Numbered from the stretch's first letter, positions 25,601 through 41,374 are shown. The stretch: DNA of 64,000 nucleotides from Octopus sinensis (GCF_006345805.1 NC_042997.1:114576001-114640000); one strand, 5' to 3'. The notes: generated by a model from the letters alone, not told the origin. Numbers and translations: made by a program.

Positions 25601-27302
25601 GTTTACAAAGTCAGAAAACAGCACAGCTCCCATGACTTTCGGAAACATTTTTTCACGCTAAGAATTGCTGAAGCATGGAACAAACTGTTGGCATCAGTTG
25701 TTAGTTGTCAGAGCACTGCATCCTTCAAAACTTCCTGAGATTCGCCAACACTACACCTGATTTTTCTCCCCTCCATACACACGCAAGCATGTATCTAACT
25801 GTTCACTTCCCAGACATTTGTACATTGCTGCATATACATTATACGCACTTTTGACAAGTTGTGGTGCACCTGAGCACTGTATACAATAATTTTATTATTA
25901 TTATTGTTATTATTCATGGTGTGCACTAATGTTTTACATTCAGAATCAATGTTCTTGACACTGGATCACAACAAATTTCCTTGGAGACCAAGAATCTTTC
26001 TTACAGTCCTTGCTCTTCCCAATCGAGTACATTTCAGAATTAATGCCTCTCTCAGAGTTACACCAGTCTCGATAAGAAAACCATCTTTGATGACAGTACC
26101 TAAGGCACCCAAAACATCTTGGGTTACTTTTGTAGAAACCCTCCTCAGTTGTCATATTTCTCTTACCAGATCCTGGTAATTTCCTATTTTCTCCTCTTCT
26201 TTGACCACTACGTTAATGTCCAAAAAATATAGCCACATCTTTGATAATGCACTTTTTTCCCCCTTCTCCAGTACAATAATATTTGGTCACTTTGCATGAA
26301 GTTTGCAATCAAGGCCTCGTGCCTATGGTAGGAACGATTATTATTATTATTATTATTATTATTATTTATGACGATGAGTTCAAATTCCGTCAAGGTTGAC
26401 TTCGCCTTTCATTCTTTCAGAGACAGTGAAATAAGTACTAGTTGAGAACTAGGGTCGATGTAATCGACTCATCCCCCTCGCCCAAATTCTAGGCCTTGTG
26501 CCTATAACAGGAAGGATTATTATTATTATTATCATTATTATGCATGGTTGGATGAAACCGAATGGTACAGCAATATTTTTCACAAAGGGAACATACTGGC
26601 TCAACTTGGAAAAATCTTCAAGAGTTATTTTCCTTGTTCTTGCTTTGCTGCAGTTGAAATAAAATGAAGTGGTTGATCTTTTTCCAAGTGGACAGCAAAC
26701 TGTTGAATGCCAACGTACTATCATAAATAGGAAAGACTTAAAAGTGTTGCTGATAACATTGCTCTTGTTCGGCTTTGCTGGAATTAGGGTAACTTCCTCT
26801 TTGCTGTTTTGCTAGAGGAGACCTGTTGAGTCAAGTACACGAACATGAACATCGAAATAAATATCAATGGAAATAGTAGTTGTGATACCTGTACCGGTGG
26901 CACATAAAAAGGACTATCCAAACGTGGCCATAGCCAGCGCCGACTCGACCGGCTTCTGTGCCGGTGGCACATAAAAAGCACCATCCGAACGTGGCCGATG
27001 CCAGCGCCACCCCGATTGGCTTCTGTGCCGGTGGCACATAAAAAGCTCTATCCGAACATGGCCGTTGCCAGCGCCGCCTTGGCTGGCTTCCGTGCCGGTG
27101 GGACGTTAAAAGCTCCAACCGATCGTGGCCGATGCCGGACTCCCCTGGCACCTGTGCAGGTGGCACGTAAAAAGCACCCACTACACTCGCGGAGTGTTTG
27201 GCATTAGGAAGGGCATCCAGCTGTAGAAACTCTGCCAGATCAGACTGGAGCCTGGTGCAGCCCTGGTCGAACCATCCAACCCATGCTAGCGCGGAAAATG
27301 AT

Positions 27303-27335
<33 letters not shown>

Positions 27336-27433
27336 GTGTATATATATTATACATATATATATATATACACACACATATATATATACATATATATATAATA
27401 TACATATATATATATACATATATATATATATAA

Positions 27434-27499
<66 letters not shown>

Positions 27500-27512
27500 C
27501 ATATATATATAC

Positions 27513-27563
<51 letters not shown>

Positions 27564-27623
27564 CTATATATATACATACATATATACATATATATATTAT
27601 ACATATATATATATATACATATA

Positions 27624-27696
<73 letters not shown>

Positions 27697-29898
27697 ACAT
27701 AATATATATATTAGTGGTTTTATCTCTAATTTAATATCAAGTGATCACGTGACCGACCAGACCATCAGATGTTTTACACATCGCTGGTCACAATGCATTC
27801 ACATTGTTTTAGCCTTCAAATGACGTCACCCCGCTGGCTAAGCGTGCAGGCCAACAGAAGAAAGAGTGAAAGAAAGAGTACAGCAGGGATCACCACCCCC
27901 TGCCGGAGCGTCATGGAGCTTTTAGGTCTGGGAATCGAAACCGCAATCCTACGACCGCGAGTCCGCTGCCCTAACCACTAGGCCATTGTGCCTCCACCTA
28001 ATTTAATATATATATTATATATATTTATACTGTAAAATTAGATTTAATCCTAAATCTAATTTTTTTCCCTGTAAGTTTGGATTTACTCCCTAATATTATT
28101 ATTATTATATATATATATATATATATATGTTGTAGTTGTGTTATCTGTGCCGGTGGCACGTAAAAAGCACCATCTGAACGTGGCCGATGCCAGCACCGCC
28201 TTGACTGGCTTCCATGCCAGTGGCACGTAAAAAGCACCCACAAGGGCATCCAGCTGTAGAAACACTGACAAATCAGACTGGAGCCTGGTACAGGCTCCTG
28301 GCTTCCCAGGCCCCAGTCAAACCGTCCAACCCATGCAGTATGGAAAACGGATGTTAAATGATGAAAGAAAAAATGAAAGAAAGAAAGAAAGAATATATAT
28401 ATGACAGGCTTTTTTTCAGTTTCTGTCTACCAAATCCATTCACAGGATATGATAAAGAATGGAAGATTCTTGCCCCAAGGTGCCGAGTGGTGGGACTGAA
28501 CCTAGAGCCATGTGGTTGGGAAGCAATCTTCTTACCACACAGCCATGCTGTGCCTATGCATATTTTAATTTTACTGGCCAATAGATAGAGGTTGTGAGAA
28601 CTGATTTGCATATGATTTGCATGTTAAGTCTTTTATCTTACATCTTTTATTTGTGTCCATCATTAGATTGTAGCCATGCTGGAGCACCACCCTGAAAAAT
28701 TTTCAGTTGAATGAATCGACCCCAGTGCTTATCTTTTTTAAAGCCTGATGCTCATTCTATTGGTCTTTTTTGCTGAACTGCTAAGTTATGGGGATGTAAA
28801 CACACCAACACTGGTTATCAAGGAGTGGTGGTGGACAAACCCAGACACAAAGACCCACACACACGCATGCATGCATGCACACATGCATGCACGCACGCGC
28901 ACATACACACACAATGGGTTTCTCTCAGTTTCTGTCTACCAAATCCACTCACAAGGCTTTGGCCAGCCCATGGGTCTAGCAGAGGATACATTTTCAAGGT
29001 GCTAAGCAGTGGGACTGAACCCAGATCCATGTGGTTGTGAAGTGAACCTTTTACCATACAGCCATCACCAGTAAAAATTTAATCTGTGCTGTGAGGGTTC
29101 AATCGGGTGGTCATGTCTGGGTTATTTCAGATGCGACCATTTTATCAATGGCTGTTAACATGTCAGTATTTGAAAGATCTTCTCATTTTGGTTTCAATTC
29201 TACTTAAATTTCACATCACAGAAAGGACTCTTCATTTCCCTGCTGTGTTCCCTTGAAGCTCTTCCTTAGAATCATTAGATTTACCAATAATAAATCTTCT
29301 AATTTCCACAGGGCCATATTCTCGACCACCTCCATCAACGTTTCCACAAGCATTTCCACCAACAATGTATCCGTCGCTTCCACCGTTTTATGATCCAGGT
29401 AATATTTTAGCCGTTTTACTTTCACATTATTCTCTCTAATATAAAGCTTATTTCAAATTCCACTGAGGTTGACTTTACCTTTCATCCTTTCGGGGTTGAT
29501 TAAATAGGTACCAGTTACGCACTGGGTTAATGTAATTGACTTGATTCTTTTGTCTGTCCTTGTTTGTCCCCTCTATGTTTAGCCCCCTGTGGGCAATAAA
29601 GAAATAATATAACAGACAATTGGAACCTGACCAGCCCTGTCAAACTGTCCAACCCATGCTAGCATGAAAAACAAGTGTTAAACGATGATGGTGATGTGAT
29701 TGTATATTTGATGATGTGATTACTCTTTTACTTGTTTCAGTCATTTGACTGTGGCCATGCTGGAGCACCGCCATTTTAGTCGAGCAAATCAACCCCAGGA
29801 CTTATTCTTTGTAAGCCTAGTGCTTATCCCATTGGTCTCTTTTGCCAAACTGCTAAGTTACAGGGACGTAAACACATCAGCATCAGTTGTCAAGCACA

Positions 29899-29939
<41 letters not shown>

Positions 29940-29948
29940 ACACACACA

Positions 29949-29993
<45 letters not shown>

Positions 29994-32900
29994 CATATAT
30001 ACGATGGGCTTCTTTCAGTTTCTGTCTACCAAATCCACTCACAAGGCTTTGGTCAGCCCAAGGCTATAGTAGAAGACACTTGCCCAAGGTGCCATGCAGT
30101 GGGACTGAACCCAAAACATGATTGTTTATTTTTAGAATGGCATTGTAGGGTAGGTGTGAGCAGACATATCTGGCCAGTTTGAACATAAAGCAGGTAGAAT
30201 ATTTTGGCCAGATATGACCAGTTTGAATCCTTAAGGGTTAAAGTCTTTTTCATAATTCTAGATAAAGATTTGTACTTACACCTTTCAATATTAAACTGTC
30301 TAAGACCACCTTGGGTTCTGTGATGCAAAATATTTCATTTTAAAGCATTCATAACCAATATAAAATTTTCAACCATAATTATTCCATTCTGGGGGTGCTG
30401 GTGGTGGAGGTACTGGTGGTGGTGGAGAAAGTAGCAGAAGAGACAAGGGAAAGGATCATATCAGGGAGTGAAAGAACAGTGTCAGGGTTAGTGAGAGAGA
30501 GTGGGGGGGGTGACTGGGTTGAGTTGTGTAGGGCAGATACAGAGATAGAGATGTGAAAGTGAAGAGGAATCCAAGAAGTTGTGAGAAGGGGGTCAGAAAG
30601 AGAGAAGAGAGGTCTCATGAGAGTAGAGGAGAAGACTGTAGAAAAAGGCTCAGTACAGGAAAAGAAAGACAGGACCGGGGGATGAATGCAGCAAGAGCAG
30701 TGATAAGGAAGTGTGAGGAGGGGTGGAGAGGATCATAGATGCAGGAGGAAAAGGAAAGGATGATAGGGAGTGTGGGGAAGAAGAGGAACATAGGGGCAGA
30801 GGGCGAAGAAAAGGATCATAGGAGCAGGAGAGGATCATAAGTAAAAAAGAGGATCAAAGGACCAATGGGGGAGGAGGGGATCATAAGGAGGAGGGTGAGG
30901 ATAGGATCATAGGAGCAAGAGGGTGGAGAGAGGAAGCAGAGGAGTGGTTTGTAGGGGCCCTATGAACCTCTCCTCCACCTCATATTCCTGTGATCCTCTC
31001 CACTTCTTAGTCCTAAATTATATTGTGGCCAATGCCAGTGTCGCATAACTGGACCATTTAAAAGTACCTTTCAATCATCAGGCAATATGCTGTGCTTAAG
31101 AAGACATATTGAGTCAAATGAAATCATTGCCAGTGCCACCTAACTGGCACATAAAAAGCACCAATCGAGCATGGTCGTTGCTAGTGCCGCCTGACTGGCA
31201 CCCGTGTCGGTGGCACATAAAAAGCACCATTTGAGTGTGGTCAATGCCAGGACCACCTGATTGGCTCCCTAGTCAGCAGCACATAAAAAGCACCCACTAC
31301 ACTCTTGGAGTGGTTGGCATTAGGAAGGGCATCCAGCTGTAGAAACCTTGCCCAAACAGATTGGAGCCTTTTGCAGCCTCTTGGCTTGCCAGTCATCAGT
31401 CAAACCATCCAACACATGACAGCATGGAAAGTGAACATTAAAAGATGATGCTGATGATGATGTTAAGTATTAGATTGTCAGATAATTTCGTTTTTTTTCC
31501 ATTTTATTCCTTTTTTGTCATCAGCAATTTTACCAAATCAGTCAATAATAAATTCTCTTTCATTGTTCATAACTGCTTACCAACATTCCAGTCACTTGTC
31601 AATGCTCTGAAGATCCACATCTCATTGAGCCATGTCTCATTGAACCACATTTCATTGAACCACATCTCATTGAGCCACATCCCATTGAGCCACATCACAT
31701 TGAGCCACATCCCATTGAGCCAAATCTCATTGAACCACATCCTATTGAGCCAAATCTCATTGATCCACATCTTATTGATCCACACCTCTTTGAGACACAT
31801 CTCATTGAGTCACATCTCATTGACCCACGTCTCACTGAGCCATGTCTCATTGAGCCAAATCTCATTGAACCACATCTCATTGTGTCACATTTTCAGCTCC
31901 TTGAGAAATGAAACTCTTCAGAGACTACTGATGAGTGACTGAAAAAGTTTATAATCTGAGGGTGCCATGTTATGAGAATATGGTAGATGTGGCAGAACTT
32001 CGCAACTGAGCTCAAATTAGCAAAGAGAGAGCTATAAAAAAAAATCCATAAAACAATAATTTTTGTACAATTTTTACATTATTTAAATTTGACAGATATT
32101 TGTTCTCATCTTATTTGTTGGTTAACACAACGTTTTGGCTGTTATACCCTCCAGCTGTCTTCAGGTAACCTGGGGGGAAATTTCAAACCTGGGTTCTCAT
32201 TCCTAAGGTATTTTTCAATGTGTTGTTGTTATTCAGGTCACTGCCTTTAATTTTTTTGTGTTCAAATAACATTGGAAAGAAACAAAGGAATTTATCTGAA
32301 ACCCCACCACTTTTGGAGCTGTTTCTTAGAGTCATCATCATCATCACTTAACATCTGTTTTCTTTTCCATGCTGGTGTTGGTTGGACAGTTTGAGCAGAG
32401 CTGGCCAGCTGGAGGGCTGCACTAGGCTCCAGTCTTCTTTTTTTTTTTTTGCATGGTTTCTATGGTTAGATGCCCTTCCTAACACCAACCACTTTACACA
32501 GTGTGTAGGGTGCTATCATGTGGCACCATCACCTATGTTTTTAGAACATGGAGACAAGGTGGATAAGTTCCTTTGAGCATTGGGCCTCATGGTGGCAAGG
32601 TGGATGAGTTCCTTTTGAGTGTTGGGCCTCATGAAGGTAATGACCAAGACCTTTGGCTTTATGTTGTGCTTGAGAAGAAGACCCATCAGGCCAAGCAAAA
32701 TCACAGTCGTGGAAGATACCGGTGTCATGCAAATGGCACCCGTGCCGGTGGCACATAAAAACACCCATTACAATCTTGGAGTGGTTGGTGTTAGGAAGGG
32801 TATCAAGCTGTAGAAAACCATGCCAAATCAGACTGGAGTCTGGTGCAGCTATCTGGGTCGCCAGTCCTCAGTCAAGCCATCCAACCTGTGCCAGCATGGA

Positions 32901-33380
32901 CAACGGACATTAAATGATGATGATGATGATGATGATGAATTAAAACAGTTTTTGTATTCCGTCAGTAAGAAAAGTGACAACTTACCAAAATAATTCTTCT
33001 AATTTCTACAGGACCGCATTCTCCACCAATGATGCAGCCATCACTTCCTTTTGTACCACATGCACCAGCAACTGGTCCACCATATTATGGTAATGTTTTA
33101 ATTTTTAACTATTAAATTTTTATAAAGGCTTGTGTCAGCCTCTCCAGTACTAAACAAACTTAGGCCACCTTCAGTTCTATGATGCAAAGCATCTCATCCT
33201 GATGTGTTCACAGGCACTGGTGTGGGTGTGTGGCAAGAAGCTTGATTCTCAACCAGATGGTTCCAGGTTCAGTCCCTCTGTGTGGTAACTTGGGCAGTTG
33301 TCTTTTGTTATTGCCTCAGGCTGACCAAAGCCTTGTTAGTGGATTTGGTAGATAGATGCTAAAAGAGGCTTTGTCACTTA

Positions 33381-33418
<38 letters not shown>

Positions 33419-35892
33419 TGTGTGTTTGTGTTTGTCCCCTATCAATGCTTGACAACTGGTGCTAGTGTATTGAAATCTTTGTAACTTAACAGTTTGGCAA
33501 AAGAGAGTGATAGAATAAGCACCATGCTTAAAAAAAAAGAAATAAGTAGTGGGTCAATTCAGTCAATTAGAAATTCTTTAAGGCAGTGCTCCAGCATGGC
33601 CACAGTCTAATGACTGAAACAAGTAAGAGGTAAAAGATAGTTATATTCAACTTAAAGCCTTCTGTCGTAATTATTTCTTATTTCATTATTGCCCACAAGG
33701 GGCTAAACATAGAGGGGACAAACAAGGACAGACAAAGGGATTAAGTCAATTACATTGACCCCAGTGCGTAACTGGTACTTAATCTATTGACCCCGAAAGG
33801 ATGAAAGGCAAAGTAGCTTTCTAGGTGCAATCCCATGGTCAGCATCATGACCAAAGGGGGTCTCGATGATGGTGGCACTTGTTTACACATAGTGCATAAT
33901 ACCAAGACAAGAGCACGCACACACATACACCCTGAAGTACGCATGTATATATAATAGATATATAAAAAGAAATTGCTCTTTCTAGGGATGTCTTATATCC
34001 AAGCATCCACTGGTTTATCTCTGTATCGATTAATTTATAGATGTTTTCATTTATTCAATATATGAGAAGAGAATTTAGTAATATAATATAAAGAAAATGG
34101 AGAGTTTGAGCACAACAAAATCAATTTATTTGCATAATAATAGTCAATTTGATAACGACTATGCACGTTTCAATATCTACCTTCATTTATATTTTACAAT
34201 TAATATTTTACAATTAAAAATTACATTATGAATTTTGAAGGTAAAAATCTCTTCAGGGCATATACATTTTACATCCTAATAGATGTGGTTTTCAATACAG
34301 ACATTCTTTCTCTATATTATATTACTATATAGTTATACATAAATATACAATGAGCTGTTTTAAGTTTCCATCTACCAAATCCATCTACAAGGCTTATATA
34401 GACATTTGTAGGAAGAGATGATGAGAATAGTTGCTGCAGTATGACCATTCCATCTATTATTCAAATAGATTTAGCTGCTGTTAATTCTACAACAACTTTT
34501 CTTCCACAGCAGACTTTGGTATTGCATGAATAATGACTTGTTGCTTATAATTTGGCTACTTATTTTTGTGGCAAAATTTAGAGATGAAGGACCAAAAGCC
34601 AAAGCAGTAAGATATAAGGTGTTAGATGTGAATTTCTGCATTTTTGAACTGAAAGGTAAACCTTGCAAGCTGTGTTCTGTCGGCCTCTGATGTGGCACTC
34701 TTTTCTTTAATCATTAATCATTGTCTTCCTTCCTGTCACTTCCAAAGTTAGATGGAGTTGAAGACGGCATCATTTTCCTTTTGGAAAGCAGCCTTGTGAA
34801 TGGATCTGAGTAAAATGAATTTGCTCAAGTTGTTATGTAGTGGGACTGAACCTGGAGATATGTAATTGAGAAGCAAACGTCTTAACCAGACAGCCATGCC
34901 TGCACCAAGGGTTATGGTTTAGCTTCTTTTACTATTGAACCTCTGAACTCTTAATCCTCTTATTACTGAATCGTTTCATGAAACAAATAATACAGACTGA
35001 TGTAATATATTTCAAATTGCTTAAAACGTAATTTTTTTTATGGCATATTCAGAGGAGGAAGAGTATTGCCTGTAGTCCTTTTAAGGGCCACCTAAACTAA
35101 TGGGAAAAATGAATGAATTTATCTTACTATCAGATAGCTAACTCTAATGCTAACTAAAGGTACTAAAGATCAGGTGGTGGTGTTAAGCTAAATTGCAGAT
35201 TAAGTCTATTCCCCAAGAAAAAGACGATCCCCCTTCCCCAAGATTCCATCTCCTTAATTTCGTTCACAAGTGTTTGATCAACCCAAAGTTGTGGTAGAAG
35301 ACATTTATCCAAGTACCACACTGTGAGATTGAACTCAGAGTTATGCATTTCCTAAATGAACTTCTTAATCACCCACACTCCATCCTGATTAAACCATTAC
35401 CAATATTTAATGCAGTGGTTCCACTCAGATGGACCTTCATAGCCAACCTGTGTTTTAAAGAAATCTCATATTTTTATAATTTAATATTATTAAGAATTGT
35501 ATAAAATGAAAACTGTTAAAATATTTTTTGCATATTGTAGAAGTATAGAATGTTACTAAAGTAATTGTGAAAGTCACCAATGTAATTTGGGTTCAATCGT
35601 AACACGGTGTGTGTAGTTACTAATTTAGAGTGAGTGTTCTGTGATTTTAAAGTATGAAGAGTATCCGTGAGAGAATCCGTTTGAGTGTCCTTTTCAATAA
35701 ACGTGAATAAAGAATGTTCAGGAGGCAGTTCATTTACAACAAAGCATTGTAAACTTTATTTAAATAAAACAAGCGCTGGCAAGTAGTAGCAATGATTAAT
35801 CGGTGGGATGGGAGAGATAAAAGAAACTTAGGAAGGAGGATAGATCAGAAAGTAGGGGAGATGATGTGCAAGGTGTAAAAATGAAAGGGGAT

Positions 35893-35926
<34 letters not shown>

Positions 35927-38900
35927 CTGTAGGACAGAAATGGAGATGAGAGGTACATGGGGGTAGTTAGACTGAGTAGAGTGACAATGGTGCACATTCA
36001 TGTATATGACTATTTGAGTTCTTTCACTTTCATGTTTTGACTTTTACTTACACCCTCGTTTTCACTTCAAGAAATCTACAATATTCAGATTACAATAAAT
36101 GTGAACAAACTAGTGTTTGTTTTAGAAGTGTCGAAATGTATTGCGAGATACAAATAAGATAATAATTTATTTTCAAATGCAGAAACATTGCTAGAATGGC
36201 AGAGATTGGATAAAATATCCATACAAAGCAGAAAAACTTGTCAGCAACCAGTCATGAGACTCTAATTCACATCCCTTTGATTACTGGTCAAGTGCTTTAC
36301 CATTTAAGCTAAACTGCCCACTGACAAATTTTTCTGCTTTGTTTGGGTATTTTATCCAGTCTCTGTTGTTCTAGCAGTGTTTATGCATTTGAAAATAAAT
36401 TATCACCTTATGTGTATCTAGAATATTCTTTTCTTTCAAATGTACAAGTAGTTACTTGGAATATTTTAACATCTTTTGTTTCTGCTTATAACAGGCTTCT
36501 ACCCTTCCTATTCTTGGCACCATCACTCAGCACCAGTGCCACCACACCACACTAAAGTCCCAGCACCTATAAAAGAAGAAGCAGCAAACTTAACATACCC
36601 TGATAATGATAATGGAGATAACAACAGCGATTGGTTAATAAAAGGCTTCGACTGGCCAGGATGGCAAGTTGTGGCATCGAATGCCTCTGAGGTAGCGCTC
36701 CTAAAAAAAGGTTTGAAAAAGATTGTTGATGATGCTGGTCAGTCCTGGAAAGCAAGGGTGTCAAAACATTTCAAGGAACAAAAGAAATTATTTGGCTTTT
36801 TGAACAAGGTGAATACTCTTTATTTTTATTCTTTTTTACTATTATTTAAGGTAATGAGCTGGCAAAATTGTTAGCACAGTGGATAGAATGCTTGACTGCA
36901 TTCCATCTGTCTTTGTGCTTTGATACAGTTCTATATTTAGAACGGACATATGGCATAGTGGCTAAGAGCACGGGCTACTAACCCCAAGATTCTGAGTTCA
37001 ATTCCAAGCAGTGACCTTCATAATAATAATGATAATAATAGCATCGAAAAATACTTTAAGAATGAGAACCCAGGTTCAAAATTTCCCCAAGATACCTGAT
37101 GAAGGCTGGAGGGTATATCAGCTGAAACGTTGTGTTAACAACAAACAAGATGAGGACAAATATCCGTCAAATGTAAATAATGTTTATGCTTTGAGTTCAA
37201 ATTCCACTAAGGTTGACTTTGTCCTTCATCTTTTCTGGATTGATAGAATAAGTACTAGTTGAACACTGGGAGGGTCTATCTAACTTACCGACCCCTCTCT
37301 TCCAAAATTGAAACTATTATTTTTACTTAAATGTTTCTATATTATTTTAGTGTTGTGCAGTTCTCAATCACTGGGCCGCAGCCATAAAAGGTTTTGTACC
37401 ACCGCCTTTGAGGGTTTTAGTCAGTTATTTCTAGCAATGCTTTTGCTTGTTTTATTGATAACTATTTATTATTGATAAACTATTTTTGGAGAATTTTCTT
37501 CATTTGAATTTCTATGTGCTTGATGTTAGCCAAGTTTATATGTTGGCGGATCTGAGACTCACCTACGAACAGTTGACCAGTACCAGAAATAAGCCAGTTT
37601 ACCAATCCACTGTCATTAGGGAGTGACGACCCTACCTGACACAAGTCCTGGGCTCAGCTGGCTCCAGCTGACAGTACCCAGTATGGGCCCTATCCAGGGT
37701 TTACGGAAAGGAGACAACCTTCAAAGAAATCTGGAGTGGAACCCTGTAGGCAGTTTAGTGTTCAACTCGACACTCTTCCGGCAGCTCCTGCAACCAAGTT
37801 GGTGCCAAACGTAATGCTCTGCACTCCTTTGGACTACATCAGCAAGGTCGAGAGAGGAATCCTGACGATTGGGCTACCCAGGATTTTCTTACATCTAGCC
37901 CAGGCCTGCGCAAAACTGGAGAGAACATGAAATGTAAAAACCAGACTGGATTAGTTTATGCACAACTCCATTGTCTCCCGAGACAAAAGGATGCCAACAT
38001 AACATGTATATGGAATACTTTGCATTTTTGCACACATACACACACATATGTACTCACACATATATGTATAAACATATATTCAGGGTGTGGCAGAAGTAAC
38101 ACCCTTTTTGCATTTAATAACCTTTATCATATATAAATATTTATAAAGTAATTTTTTATTCAACACAAATTCAATGCTTTACTTAAAGAAACAAATAATA
38201 AACTAATGAAAAAATTGCAGAAGTTTTAAGAAATAAAAAAGAAAAAGAAAAACCAGAAAACTCAAATACAAAAGGGCATTACTTCTGCTGCACCCTGTAT
38301 ATATGTAAACATGTTTACATATATACTACATATACTACACTCTCAGAGTGACATGTATATACTACACTCTTGGACTGATTGGCATTAGGAAGGGCATCCA
38401 GCTGTAAAAACTCTGCCAGATCAAGAGTGGAGCCTGGTGCAGCCATCTGGTTCGCTAGCCCTCAGTCATTCATCCAACCCATGCTAGCATGGAAAGCGGA
38501 CGTTAAACGATGATGATGATGTTTCACATGATCTCATGATTGACTAGACTATTGGATGTTGTTATACATCACTGGCCACAATGCACTTTGCATCATTTTA
38601 GCTTTCAAATGATAGTTAGGTGAGCAGCGTTGCCCCTGATTGGAAGACTATTCATTTACAGCCAAGTAGACTGGAACAATGGGAAATGAAGTGTTTGGCT
38701 CAGGAACACATTGTACTGTTTAGTCCAGAACTGAAACCCATGATCTAGCAATCGTGAGTGCTATACCGGAACCTCTAGGTCATGCGCCTTCTTATACATA
38801 TCGATGATGAATGATGATTATGTACAATATTATATATCCATCACAACTGATCTTACCAATCAGTTTCGCGCAAGGATTACAATGGAGTGTTAGGTAACAA

Positions 38901-40841
38901 CCAATTATATAACCTTATGCTCATCAGAGTTAACCAATATGAAAGAGGATATGGCAACTGTTCTCTATTGTTGGAGGTGGATTAACACAACTGGTTTGCA
39001 GCTGCTGTGAAAAAGGTGGTGGAACTTAAAGGGCCAGGAGATTAGGTTAGGGGTTATGTCCCTTGGTTGGGTATGCTGTAAGGCCAGTAAGAGTTATCAT
39101 GAAGTTGTTTGTGGGAAAAGTGTACATTATTAAGTGTCATGCACCTGTGGGGATGGAGTGTGTGATATGTGTAGTGGTGTCATATTCATAATTTTTTCCA
39201 GGGGTATCGGATATATATAGTTGTGTTCATTGGTCTGTTTTCTTTCTGTATCGGTTAAGGTCATGAGGAGTTTTATGTTATCTAGCAGTGTGTAATGTGT
39301 GTGTGGTCTATATATCTGCACTAGGTGCAGAGCTAAAGGATATTCTCAGGGTATGTCTATTAAATATCTATGGTGGTACAATGTATGTGAAAGTGTATAT
39401 GCTGGTGGTGGTGGGAGATAGTCTATTTTGTAGGGTGTCCGCCTTATAGTGGTATGCATGTGTGTACATGGGTGCATTGGTGTATACTTTGGTCAAACTC
39501 TTTGCTGGGTTTAAAGGCATTAGTGGAAGGTCAAGGCTGGGGTCCTGTGGTTGCAGTTATGGTGGGGTGCACAAGTACAATAGAATATACTTCCTTTCAT
39601 GTGGGCAAGGATTAAACACCTCACTCCTGCTATTCAGGTAAATATCCTGGCATTGGGTACCCTTTAAAATTGCTTCCTGTTGTTGTTGAAGTACAGTTTG
39701 CATCTCTCCAAGATCCTCCACTTTATGTTGTACTCTGTGGTACTTTCTTTCAAAGACTAAATGTACTTGGCTAAGGTTGTGGTGTTACGTCTCCCTAGGA
39801 TGTTGAAGGAGGACTTGTGATTGTTAAAGTGGGTTCTGAAGGGGCTTTCCCTGCCATTTTTCCACATGCTTGGTTGCCCACTGGGTCCTATGGTTGTTAC
39901 CTCTGCTTCATGTACAACTGTCTTCGTGTTACAGTCACCATTCAGTGGACAAGTTGTGTTACCCCTGCATGAGCATCCTGCCTCTGCCTCAGGTGTAGAC
40001 CTACTTACTAAAATCTTTTTTACACCAGGTGCACAGCTAAAAGATATTCCCAGGGTATGTCTATTAAATATTTTGTTGAAGCTATTAGTATAGGGAAAGT
40101 GTTTATCAACTAAACTAAGAAAGATTTTACCTACTCTAGTTTTAACATTTAAAGAGATGGGCAGCATGAACCACAACACTTTCCTGTTGTGCTTTCTCTT
40201 GAGGGTTCCAGGGTCTGGCATGTAACTAATACTATCCTTGAAACTGCTGGCAACCAGAACCCAGTTGAAGTACAGAGCAGTAGCATCAAAGGTCTCTTTG
40301 CTTGAAGATAAAGTGAAGATTCTCCTGCTGTGACAGGTTGGCAAGAACCTGTGTTAATGTATGATAGCTTCTCATTTGGTTTCCTAAAGGGCCTATAGGC
40401 TCCAGATTCCAGGTCCAGGGTCATGTCAAGGAAGTCTACCATTTTCTGGTTGGGTTAGTGGTCAGGGTGATGCACTCACGATCCAGCGGTTGTGATTTCA
40501 ATTCCTAGATTGGATAGTGCATCGTGTTCTTGAGCAAAACACTTCATCTCATGTTGCTTTGTGATCACTTCAACACTTGACACATGATACACGGTGCACC
40601 TGTTCAGACAATGTCAATTTGATGGAAGGAGTGAGGTAATATGCAAAACAAATATTTGATCACTATAAACAAATAATTTGTGTGGATCATTTGGCAAAAG
40701 CTGTCTTCAACAGAAGAGTCCATCATACACACACATATATATATATGTATATGTATATATATATATGTATATGTATATGTATATATATATATATGTATTG
40801 TATATAATATATATATATATATATATGTTGGTGTGTGTGTG

Positions 40842-40878
<37 letters not shown>

Positions 40879-41300
40879 GTATATATATAATGTATTAGAA
40901 AAATAAGCTACTCAGAAATCTGGATGGTTGTACATTTACAGATTTTTATTAATATGTCACATGTTTTTATAAATCATATATTAGCACTTTCATCTACTCT
41001 AGTAGATTCTTCAGATTTGAATTTTTTGAAGGGATGTGTCTCTATTTATAGTATTATTGAGTGTGAGTGTATAGAATTTTTATAGTATTATTGAGTGTGT
41101 CCTCCACCCCTACACACTCAATAATACTATAAAGAGAGATGAATCCCCTCGAGAAATTCAAATGTGAAGAATCCACTAGAGTAGATGCAGGCGCTAATAT
41201 ATGATTTGTAAAAACATGTGACGTATTAATAAAAATCTGTAAATGTACACCATCCAGATTTCTGAGTACCTTATTTTTTCTAATACATACATACATATAT

Positions 41301-41374
<74 letters not shown>

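Noticed and set aside
30380-30960. Purine-rich tract with aggatcatagg repeats and short ORFs
   Set aside because: Low-complexity sequence with no splice, TIR or protein motif support.
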